A stretch of 64,000 nucleotides of DNA from Eledone cirrhosa. Lineage: Eukaryota. The stretch covers positions 120,528,001 to 120,592,000 of the forward strand of contig OZ024744.1 in NCBI GenBank assembly GCA_964016885.1, read 5' to 3'. Each line of letters begins with the position of its first letter. The stretch's first letter is position 1. Below, one piece after another: positions 21,602 to 33,899 of this stretch. The notes under the pieces are model-generated. The model had not been told where the DNA came from. It saw only the letters and a program-made list of their open reading frames with translations, and made no database searches. Both the position numbers and the translations under genes were made by a program.

Positions 21602-24600
21602 ACATTCTAACCACATGTCATAGTATCAGTGCTGTGATCTCTCAATTCAGATATTCTTTCCTGAGATATTCTAACCACATGTCATAGTATCAGATCTGTG
21701 ATCTCTCAAATCAGAGATTCTTTCTTGAGACATTCTAACTCCATGTCCACATTATCAGAGCTGTGATATCTCAATTCAGAGATTCTTTTCTGAGACATTC
21801 TAACCACATGTCTGAAGTATGAGAGCTGTGATCTCTCAATTTAGAGATTCTTTCCTGAGACATTCTAACACCATGTCCACAGTATCAGAGCTGTGATCTC
21901 TCAATTTAGAGATTCTTTCCTGAGATATTCTAACCACATGTCATATTATTAGAGCTGTGATCTCTCAATTCAGAGATTCTTTCCTGAGACATTCTAACCA
22001 CATGTCATAGTATCAGAGCTGTGATCTCTTAATTTAGAGATTCTTTCATGAGATATTCTAACCACATGTCATATTATCGGAGCTGTGATCTCTCAATTCA
22101 GAGATTCTTTCCTGAGACATTCTAACCACATGTCATATTATTAGAGCTGTGATCTCTCAATTTAGAGATTCTTTCCTGAGACATTCTAACCACATGTCAT
22201 AGTATCAGAGCTGTGATATCTCAATTCAGAGATTCTTTCCTGAGACATTCTAACCACATGTCATAGTATGAGAGCTGTGATCTCTCAATTCAGAGATTCT
22301 TTCTTGAGACATTCTAACCACATGTCATAGTATCAGTGCTGTGATCTCTCAATTCAGAGATTCTTTCAGGAGATATTCTAACCACATGTCATATTATCAG
22401 AGCTGTGATGTCTCAATTCAGAGATTATTTCCTGGGATATTCTAACCACATGTCATAGTATCAGAGCTGTGATCTCTCAATTCAGATATTCTTTCCTGAG
22501 ACATTCTAACCACATGTCATAGGATCATATTTGTGATCTCTCAACTCAGAGATTCTTTCCTGAGATATTCTAACCACATGTCATTGTATGAGAGCTGTGA
22601 TCTCTCAATTCAGAGATTCTTTCCTGAGACATTCTAACCACATGTCATAGTATTAGAGCTGTGATCTCTCAATTCAGAGATTCTTTCCTGAGACATTCTA
22701 ACCACATGTCATAGTATCAGATCTGTGATCTCTCAATTCAGAAATTATTTCCTGAGACATTCTAACCACATGTCATATTATCAGAGCTATGATCTCTCAA
22801 TTCAGAGAATCTTTCCTGAGACATTCTAACCACATATCTGTAGTATCAGAGCTGTATGCACTCAATTCAGAGATTCTTTCCTGAGACATTCTAACCACAT
22901 GTCACAGTATCAGAGCTGTGAGCTCTCAATTCAGAGATTCTTTCTGAGACATTCTAACTCCATGTCCACAGTATCAGAGCTGTGATCTCTCAATTCAGAG
23001 ATTCTTTCCTGGGACATTCTAACCACATGTCATAGTATCAGTGCTGTGATCCCTCAATTCAGATATTCTTTCCTGAGATATTCTAACCACATGTCATATA
23101 ATCAGATCTGTGATCTCTCAAATCAGAGATTCTTTCTTGAGACATTCTAACTCCATGTCCACATTATCAGAGCTGTGATATCTCAATTCAGAGATTCTTT
23201 CCTGAGACATTCTAACCACATGTCTGAAGTATCAGAGCTGTATGCTCTCAATTCAGAGATTCTTTCCTGAGACATTCTAACCACATGTCATATTATCGGA
23301 GCTGTCATCTCTCAATTCAGAGATTCTTTCCTGAGACATTCTAACACTATGTCCACAGTATCAGAGCTGTGATCTCTCAATTTAGAGATTCTTTCCTGAG
23401 ATATTCTAACTCCATGTCCACAGTATCAGAGCTGTGAACTCTCAACTCAGAGATTCTTTCCTGAGACATTCTAACCACATGTCATATTATTAGAGCTGTG
23501 ATCTCTCAATTTAGAGATTCTTTCCTGAGACATTCTAACCACATGTTATAGTATCAGAGCTGTGATATCTCAATTCAGAGATTCTTTCCTGAGACATTCT
23601 AATCACATGTCTGTAGTATCAGAGCTGTATGCTCTCAATTCAGAGATTCTTTCCTGAGACATTCTAACCACATGTCATAGTATCGGAGCTGTGATCTCTC
23701 AATTCAGAGATTCTTTCCTGAGACATTCTAACCACATGTCATAGTATCGGAGCTGTGATCTCTCAATTCAGAGATTCTTTCCTGAGACATTCTAACCACA
23801 TGTCATAGTATCAGAGCTGTGATCTCTTAATTTAGAGATTCTTTCATGAGATATTCTAACCAGATGTCATATTATCGGAGCTGTGATCTCTCAATTCAGA
23901 GATTCTTTCCTGAGACATTCTAACCTCATGTCATATTATTAGAGCTGTGGTCTCTCAATTCAGAGATTCATTCCTGAGAAATTTGAACCACATGTCTGTA
24001 GTATCAGAGCTGTGATCTCTCAATTCAGAGATTCTTTCCTGAGACATTCTAACCACATGTCATAGTATCAGATCTGTGATCTCTCAATTCAGAAATTATT
24101 TCCTGAGACATTCTAACCACATGTCATATTATCAGAGCTATGATCTCTCAATTCAGAGAATCTTTCCTGAGACATTCTAACCACATATCTGTAGTATCAG
24201 AGCTGTATGCACTCAATTCAGAGATTCTTTCCTGAGACATTCTAACCACATGTCATAGTATCAGTGCTGTGATCTCTCAATTCAGATATTCTTTCCTGAG
24301 ATATTCTAACCACATGTCATAGTATCAGATCTGTGATCTCTCAAATCAGAGATTCTTTCTTGAGACATTCTAACTCCATGTCCACATTATCAGAGCTGTG
24401 ATATCTCAATTCAGAGATTCTTTTCTGAGACATTCTAACCACATGTCTGAAGTATGAGAGCTGTGATCTCTCAATTTAGAGATTCTTTCCTGAGACATTC
24501 TAACACCATGTCCACAGTATCAGAGCTGTGATCTCTCAATTTAGAGATTCTTTCCTGAGATATTCTAACCACATGTCATATTATTAGAGCTGTGATCTCT

Positions 24601-26895
24601 CAATTCAGAGATTCTTTCCTGAGACATTCTAACCACATGTCATAGTATCAGAGCTGTGATCTCTTAATTTAGAGATTCTTTCATGAGATATTCTAACCAC
24701 ATGTCATATTATCGGAGCTGTGATCTCTCAATTCAGAGATTCTTTCCTGAGACATTCTAACCACATGTCATATTATTAGAGCTGTGATCTCTCAATTTAG
24801 AGATTCTTTCCTGAGACATTCTAACCACATGTCATAGTATCAGAGCTGTGATATCTCAATTCAGAGATTCTTTCCTGAGACATTCTAACCACATGTCATA
24901 GTATGAGAGCTGTGATCTCTCAATTCAGAGATTCTTTCTTGAGACATTCTAACCACATGTCATAGTATCAGTGCTGTGATCTCTCAATTCAGAGATTCTT
25001 TCATGAGATATTCTAACCACATGTCATATTATCAGAGCTGTGATGTCTCAATTCAGAGATTATTTCCTGGGATATTCTAACCACATGTCATAGTATCAGA
25101 GCTGTGATCTCTCAATTCAGATATTCTTTCCTGAGACATTCTAACCACATGTCATAGGATCATATTTGTGATCTCTCAACTCAGAGATTCTTTCCTGAGA
25201 TATTCTAACCACATGTCATTGTATGAGAGCTGTGATCTCTCAATTCAGAGATTCTTTCCTGAGACATTCTAACCACATGTCATAGTATTAGAGCTGTGAT
25301 CTCTCAATTCAGAGATTCTTTCCTGAGACATTCTAACCACATGTCATAGTATCAGATCTGTGATCTCTCAATTCAGAAATTATTTCCTGAGACATTCTAA
25401 CCACATGTCATATTATCAGAGCTATGATCTCTCAATTCAGAGAATCTTTCCTGAGACATTCTAACCACATATCTGTAGTATCAGAGCTGTATGCACTCAA
25501 TTCAGAGATTCTTTCCTGAGACATTCTAACCACATGTCACAGTATCAGAGCTGTGAGCTCTCAATTCAGAGATTCTTTCTGAGACATTCTAACTCCATGT
25601 CCACAGTATCAGAGCTGTGATCTCTCAATTCAGAGATTCTTTCCTGGGACATTCTAACCACATGTCATAGTATCAGTGCTGTGATCCCTCAATTCAGATA
25701 TTCTTTCCTGAGATATTCTAACCACATGTCATATAATCAGATCTGTGATCTCTCAAATCAGAGATTCTTTCTTGAGACATTCTAACTCCATGTCCACATT
25801 ATCAGAGCTGTGATATCTCAATTCAGAGATTCTTTCCTGAGACATTCTAACCACATGTCTGAAGTATCAGAGCTGTATGCTCTCAATTCAGAGATTCTTT
25901 CCTGAGACATTCTAACCACATGTCATATTATCGGAGCTGTCATCTCTCAATTCAGAGATTCTTTCCTGAGACATTCTAACACTATGTCCACAGTATCAGA
26001 GCTGTGATCTCTCAATTTAGAGATTCTTTCCTGAGATATTCTAACTCCATGTCCACAGTATCAGAGCTGTGAACTCTCAACTCAGAGATTCTTTACTGAG
26101 ACATTCTAACCACATGTCATATTATTAGAGCTGTGATCTCTCAATTTAGAGATTCTTTCCTGAGACATTCTAACCACATGTTATAGTATCAGAGCTGTGA
26201 TATCTCAATTCAGAGATTCTTTCCTGAGACATTCTAATCACATGTCTGTAGTATCAGAGCTGTATGCTCTCAATTCAGAGATTCTTTCCTGAGACATTCT
26301 AACCACATGTCATAGTATCGGAGCTGTGATCTCTCAATTCAGAGATTCTTTCCTGAGACATTCTAACCACATGTCATAGTATCGGAGCTGTGATCTCTCA
26401 ATTCAGAGATTCTTTCCTGAGACATTCTAACCACATGTCATAGTATCAGAGCTGTGATCTCTTAATTTAGAGATTCTTTCATGAGATATTCTAACCAGAT
26501 GTCATATTATCGGAGCTGTGATCTCTCAATTCAGAGATTCTTTCCTGAGACATTCTAACCTCATGTCATATTATTAGAGCTGTGGTCTCTCAATTCAGAG
26601 ATTCATTCCTGAGAAATTTGAACCACATGTCTGTAGTATCAGAGCTGTGATCTCTCAATTCAGAGATTCTTTCCTGAGACATTCTAACCACATGTCATAG
26701 TATCAGATCTGTGATCTCTCAATTCAGAAATTATTTCCTGAGACATTCTAACCACATGTCATATTATCAGAGCTATGATCTCTCAATTCAGAGAATCTTT
26801 CCTGAGACATTCTAACCACATATCTGTAGTATCAGAGCTGTATGCACTCAATTCAGAGATTCTTTCCTGAGACATTCTAACCACATGTCATAGTA
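21602..26895. repeat. Near-perfect tandem duplication of a 2635-bp block (41 monomers)
   Basis: tctgaagtatgag 21811/24446, aggatcatat 22521/25156, actatgtcc 23346/25981, cagatgtc 23861/26496 and atgcactca 24207/26842 all sit at offset 2635. Confidence 0.93.
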
Positions 26896-27069
26896 TCGGA
26901 TCTGTGATCTCTCAATTCAGAGATTCTTTCCTGAGACATTCTAACCACATGTCATAGTATCGGAGCTGTGATCTCTCAATTCAGGGAATCTTTCCTCAGA
27001 CATTCTAACCACATGTCATAGTATCAGAGCTGTGATTTCTCAATTCAGAGAATCTTTCCTGAGACATTC

Positions 27070-28140
27070 TAACCACATGTCACAGTATCAGAGCTGTGAT
27101 CTCTCAATTCAGAGATTCTTTCTGAGACATTCTAACTCCATGTCCACAGTATCAGAGCTGTGATCTCTCAATTCAGAGATTCTTTCCTGGGACATTCTAA
27201 CCACATGTCATATAATCAGATCTGTGATCTCTCAAATCAGAGATTCTTTCTTGAGACATTCTAACTCCATGTCCACATTATCAGAGCTGTGATATCTCAA
27301 TTCAGAGATTCTTTCCTGAGACATTCTAACCACATGTCTGAAGTATCAGAGCTGTATGCTCTCAATTCAGAGATTCTTTCCTGAGACATTCTAACCACAT
27401 GTCATATTATCGGAGCTGTCATCTCTCAATTCAGAGATTCTTTCCTGAGACATTCTAACACTATGTCCACAGTATCAGAGCTGTGATCTCTCAATTTAGA
27501 GATTCTTTCCTGAGATATTCTAACTCCATGTCCACAGTATCAGAGCTGTGAACTCTCAACTCAGAGATTCTTTCCTGAGACATTCTAACCACATGTCATA
27601 TTATTAGAGCTGTGATCTCTCAATTTAGAGATTCTTTCCTGAGACATTCTAACCACATGTTATAGTATCAGAGCTGTGATATCTCACTTCAGAGATTCTT
27701 TCCTGAGACATTCTAATCACATGTCTGTAGTATCAGAGCTGTATGCTCTCAATACAGAGATTCTTTCCTGAGACATTCTAACCACATGTCATAGTATCGG
27801 AGCTGTGATCTCTCAATTCAGAGATTCTTTCCTGAGACATTCTAACCACATGTCATAGTATCGGAGCTGTGATCTTTCAATTCAGAGATTCTTTCCTGAG
27901 ACATTCTAACCACATGTCATAGTATCAGAGCTGTGATCTCTTAATTTAGAGATTCTTTCATGAGATATTCTAACCACATGTCATATTATCGGAGCTGTGA
28001 TCTCTCAATTCAGAGATTCTTTCCTGAGACATTCTAACCACATGTATTATTATTAGAGCTGTGGTCTCTCAATTCAGAGATTCATTCCTGAGAAATTTGA
28101 ACCACATGTCTGTAGTATCAGAGCTGTGATCTCTCAATTC
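27070..28140. repeat. Third, partial copy of the 2635-bp block (offset about 1479 from the second copy)
   Basis: actatgtcc 25981/27460; the same order of ctgaagt, tatgctct, ctaatcac and tgtggtct...gaaatttgaacc variants. Confidence 0.8.
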
Positions 28141-31100
28141 AGAGATTCTTTCCTAAGACATTCTAACCACGTGTCATAGTATCAGAGCTGTGATCTCTCA
28201 ATTCAGAGATTCTCTCCTGGAATATTCTAACCACATGTCATAGTATCAGAGCTGTGATCTCTCAATTCAGAGATTCTTTCCTGACACATTCTAACTCCAT
28301 GTCCACAGTATCAGGGCTGTGAACTCTCAATTCAGAGATTCTTTCCTGAGACATTCTAACCACATGTCATAGTATCAGAGCTGTGAACTCTCAATTCAGA
28401 GTTTCTTTCCTGAGACATTCTAACCACATGTCACAGTATCAGAGCTGTGATCTCTCAATTCAGAGATTCTTTCCCCAGACATTCTAACCACATCTTATAG
28501 TATCAGAGCTGTGATCTCTCAATTCAGAGATTCTTTCCTGAGACATTCTAACCACATGTCATAGTATCAGAGCTGTGATCTCTCAATTCAGATATTCTTT
28601 CCTGCGACATTCTAACCACATGTCATAGGATCAGAGTTGTGATCTCTCAATTCAGAGATTCTTTCCTGAGATATTCTAACCACATGTCATAGTATCACAG
28701 CTGTGATATCTCAATTCAGAGATTCTTTCCTGAGACATTCTAACCACATGTCATAGTATTAGAGCTGGGATCTCTCAATTCAGAGATTCTTTCCTGAGAC
28801 ATTCTAACCACATGTCATAGTATCAGAGCTGTGATCTCTCAATTCAGAGATTCTTTCCTGAGACATTCTAACCACAAGTCATAGTATCAGAGCTGTGATA
28901 TCTCAATTGAGAGATTCTTTCCTGAGATATGTTAACCACATATCATAGTATCAGAGCTGTCATCTCTCAATTCAGAGATTCTTTCCTGAGACGTTCTAAC
29001 CACATGTCATAATATCAGAGTTATGATCTCTCAATTCAGAGATTCTTTCTTGAAACATTCTAACCCCATGTCTGTAGTATCAGATCTGTGATCTCTCAAT
29101 TCAGAGATTCTTTCCTGATACATTCTAACCACATGTCATAGTATCAGAGCTGTGATCTCTTTATTCAGAGATTCTTTCCTGAGACATTCTAACCACATGT
29201 CATATTATCAGTGCTGTGATCTCTCAATTCAGAGATTCTTTCCTGAGATATTCTAACCACATGTCATAGTATCAGATCTGTGATATCTCAATTCAGAGAT
29301 TCTTTCTTGAGACATTCCAACTCCATGTCCACATTATCAGAGCTGTGAACTCTCAATTCAGAGATTCTTTCCTGAGACAATCTAACCACATGTCATAGTA
29401 TCAGAGCTGTGATCTCTCAATTCAGAGATTCTTTCCTGAGACATTCTAACCACATGTCATAGTATCGGAGCTGTGATCTCTCAATTCAGAGATTCTTTCC
29501 TGAGATATTCTAACCACATGTCATAGTATCAGATCTGTGATATCTCAATTCAGAGATTCTTTCTTGAGACATTCTAACCACATGTCATAGTATTAGAGCT
29601 GTGATCTCTCAATTCAGAGATTCTTTCCTGAGACATTCTTACCACATGTCATTTTATCAGAGCTGTGATCTCTTAAATTTAGAGATTCTTTCCTGAGACA
29701 TTCTAACCACATGTCATATTATCAGAGCTATGATATCTCAATTCAGAGATTCTTTCCTGAGACATTCTAACCACATGTCATAGTATCAGAGCTGTGATTT
29801 CTCAATTTAGATATTCTTTCCTGAGACATTCTAACCACATGTCATAGTATCGGAGCTGTGATCTCTCAATTCAGAGATTCTTTCCTGAGATATTCTAACC
29901 ACATGTCATAGTATCAGATCTGTGATATCTCAATTCAGAGATTCTTTCTTGAGACATTCCAACTCCATGTCCACATTATCAGAGCTGTGAACTCTCAATT
30001 CAGAGATTCTTTCCTGAGACATTCTAACCACATGTCACAGTATCAGAGCTGTGATCTCTCAGTTCAGAGATTCTTTCCTCAGACATTCTAACCACATCTC
30101 ATAGTATCAGAGCTGTGATCTCTGAATTCAGAGATTCTTTCCTGACACATTCTAACCACATGTCATAGTATCAGAGCTGTGATCTCTCAATTCAGATATT
30201 CTTTCCTGAGACATTCTAACCACATGTCATAGGATCAGAGTTGTGATCTCTCAATTCAGAGATTCTTTCCTAAGATATTCTAACCACATGTCATAGTATC
30301 AGGTCTGTGATCTCTCAAATCAGAGATTCTTTCCTGAGACATTCTAACCACATGTCATAGTATTAGAGCTGGGATCTCTCAATTCAGAGATTCTTTCCTG
30401 AGACATTCTAACCACATGTCATAGTATCAGAGCTGTGATCTCTCAATTCAGAGATTCTTTCCTGAGACATTCTAGCCACAAGTCATAGTATCAGAGCTGT
30501 GATATCTCAATTGAGAGATTCTTTCCTGACATATGTTAACCACATATCATAGTATCAGATCTGTCATCTCTCAATTCAGAGATTCTTTCCTGAGACGTTC
30601 TAACCACATGTCATAATATCAGAGCTATGATCTCTCAATTCAGAGATTCTTTCCTGAAACATTCTAACCACATGTATGTAGTATCAGAGCTGTGATCTCT
30701 CAATTCAGAGATTCTTTCATGATACATTCTAACCACATGTCATAGTATCAGAACTGTGATCTCTCAATTCAGAGATTCTTTCATGAGACATTCTAACCAG
30801 ATGTCCTAGTATTAGAGCTGTGATCTCTCAATTCAGAGATTCTTTCCTGAGAAATTCTAACCACATGTCTGTAGTATCAGAGCTGTGATTTCACAATTCA
30901 GAGATTCTTTCCTGAGACATTCTAATTCCATGTCCACAGTATCAGTGCTGTGATCTCTCAATTCAGAGATTCTTTCCTGAGACATTCTAACCACATGTCA
31001 TAGTATCAGAGCTGTGATCTCTCAATTCAGAGATTCTTTCCTAGGATATTCTAACCACATGTCATAGTATCAGAGCTGTGATCTCTCAACTCAGAGATTC

Positions 31101-33899
31101 TTTCCTGAGACATTCTAACCACATGTCATAGTATTAGAGCTGTGATCTCTCAATTCAGAGATTCTTTCCTGAGACATTCTTACCACATGTCATTTTATCA
31201 GAGCTGTGATCTCTTAAATTTAGAGATTCTTTCCTGAGACATTCTAACCACATGTCATATTATCAGAGCTATGATATCTCAATTCAGAGATTCTTTCCTG
31301 AGACATTCTAACCACATGTCATAGTATCAGAGCTGTGATTTCTCAATTTAGATATTCTTTCCTGAGACATTCTAACCACATGTCATAGTATCGGAGCTGT
31401 GATCTCTCAATTCAGAGATTCTTTCCTGAGACATTCTAACCACATGTCATAGTATCAGAGTTGTTATCTCTCAATTCAGAGATTCTTTCCTGAGATATTC
31501 TAAACACATGTCATAGTATCAGAGCTGTGATCTCTCAATTCAGAGATTCTTTCCTGGGACATTCTAACCACATGTCATAGTATCAGAGCTGTGATTTCTC
31601 AATTTAGATATTCTTTCCTGAGACATTCTAACCACATGTCATAGTATCGGAGCTGTGATCTCTCAATTCAGAGATTCTTTCCTGAGACATTCTAACCACA
31701 TGTCATAGTATCAGAGCTATGATATCTCAATTCAGAGATTCTTTCCTGAGACATTCTAACCACATGTCATAGTATCAGAGCTGTGATTTCTCAATTTAGA
31801 TATTCTTTCCTGAGACATTCTAACCACATGTCATAGGATCAGAGTTGTGATCTCTCAATTCAGACATTCTTTCCTAAGATATTCTAACCACATGTCATAT
31901 TATCAGAGCTGTGATCTCTCAATTCAGAGATTCTTTCCTGAGACGTTCTAACCACATGTCATAGTATTAGAGCTGGGATCTCTCAATTCAGAGATTCTTT
32001 CCTGACACATTCTAACCACATGTATGTAGTATCAGAGCTGTGATCTCTCAATTCAGAGATTCTTTCCTGAGACATTCTAACCACATCTCATAGTATCAGA
32101 GCTGTGATCTCTCAATTCAGGGATTCTTTCCTGAGACATTCTAGCCACAAGTCATAGTATCAGAGCTGTGATATCTCAATTGAGAGATTCTTTCCTGAGA
32201 TATGTTAACCACATATCATAGTACCAGAGCTGTCATCTCTCAATTCAGAGATTCTTTCCTGAGATGTTCTAACCACATGTCATAATATCAGAGCTATGAT
32301 CTCTCAATTCAGAGATTCTTTCCTGAAACATTCTAACAACATGTATGTAGTATCAGATCTGTGATCTCTCAATTCAGAGATTCTTTCCTGATACATTCTA
32401 ACCACATGTCATAGTATCAGAACTGTGATCTCTCAATTCAGAGATTCTTTTCTGAGACATTCTAACCACATGTCATAGTATTAGAGCTGTGATTTCTCAA
32501 TTCAGAGATTCTTTCCTGAGAAATTCTAACCACATGTCTGTAGTATCAGAGCTGTGATCTCACAATTCAGAGATTCTTTCCTGAGACATTCTAATTCCAT
32601 GTCCACATTATCAGTGCTGTGATCTCTCAATTCAGAGATTCTTTCATAAGACATTCTAACCACATGTCATATTATCAGAGCTATGATATCTCAATTCAGA
32701 GATTCTTTCCTGAGACATTCTAACCACATGTCATAGTATCAGAGCTGTGATTTCTCAATTTAGATATTCTTTCCTGAGACATTCTAACCACATGTCATAG
32801 TATCGGAGCTGTGATCTCTCAATTCAGAGATTCTTTCCTGAGACATTCTAACCACATGTCATAGTATCAGAGTTGTGATCTCTCAATTCAGAGATTCTTT
32901 CCTGAGATATTCTAACCACATGTCATAGTATCAGAGCTGTGATCTCTCAATTCAGAGATTCTTTCCTGAGACATTCTAACCACATGTCATAGTATTAGAG
33001 CTGGGATCTCTCAATTCAGAGATTCTTTCCTGAGACATTCTAACCACATGTCATAGTATCAGAGCTGTGATCTCTCAATTCAGAGATTCTTTCCTGAGAC
33101 ATTCTAACCACAAGTCATAGTATCAGAGCTGTGATATCTCAATTGAGAGATTCTTTCCTGAGATATGTTAACCACATATCATAGTATCAGAGCTGTCATC
33201 TCTCAATTCAGAGATTCTTTCCTGAGACGTTCTAACCACATGTCATAATATCAGAGCTATGATATCTCAATTCAGAGATTCTTTCTTGAAACATTCTAAC
33301 CCCATGTCTGTAGTATCAGATCTGTGATCTCTCAATTCAGAGATTCTTTCCTGATACATTCTAACCACATGTCATAGTATCAGAGCTTTGATCTCTTTAT
33401 TCAGAGATTCTTTCCTGAGACATTCTAACCACATGTCATAGTATCAGTGCTGTGATCCCTCAATTCAGATATTCTTTCCTGAGATATTCTAACCACATGT
33501 CATATAATCAGATCTGTGATCTCTCAAATCAGAGATTCTTTCTTGAGACATTCTAACTCCATGTCCACATTATCAGAGCTGTGATATCTCAATTCAGAGA
33601 TTCTTTCCTGAGACATTCTAACCACATGTCTGAAGTATCAGAGCTGTATGCTCTCAATTCAGAGATTCTTTCCGGAGACATTCTAACCACATGTCATATT
33701 ATCGGAGCTGTCATCTCTCAATTCAGAGTTTCTTTCCTGAGACATTCTAACACTATGTCCACATTATCACAGCTGTGATCTCTCAATTTAGAGATTCTTT
33801 CCTGAGATATTCTAACTCCATGTCCACAGTATCAGAGCTGTGATCTCTCAACTCAGAGATTCTTTCCTGAGACATTCTAACCACATGTCATATTATTAG

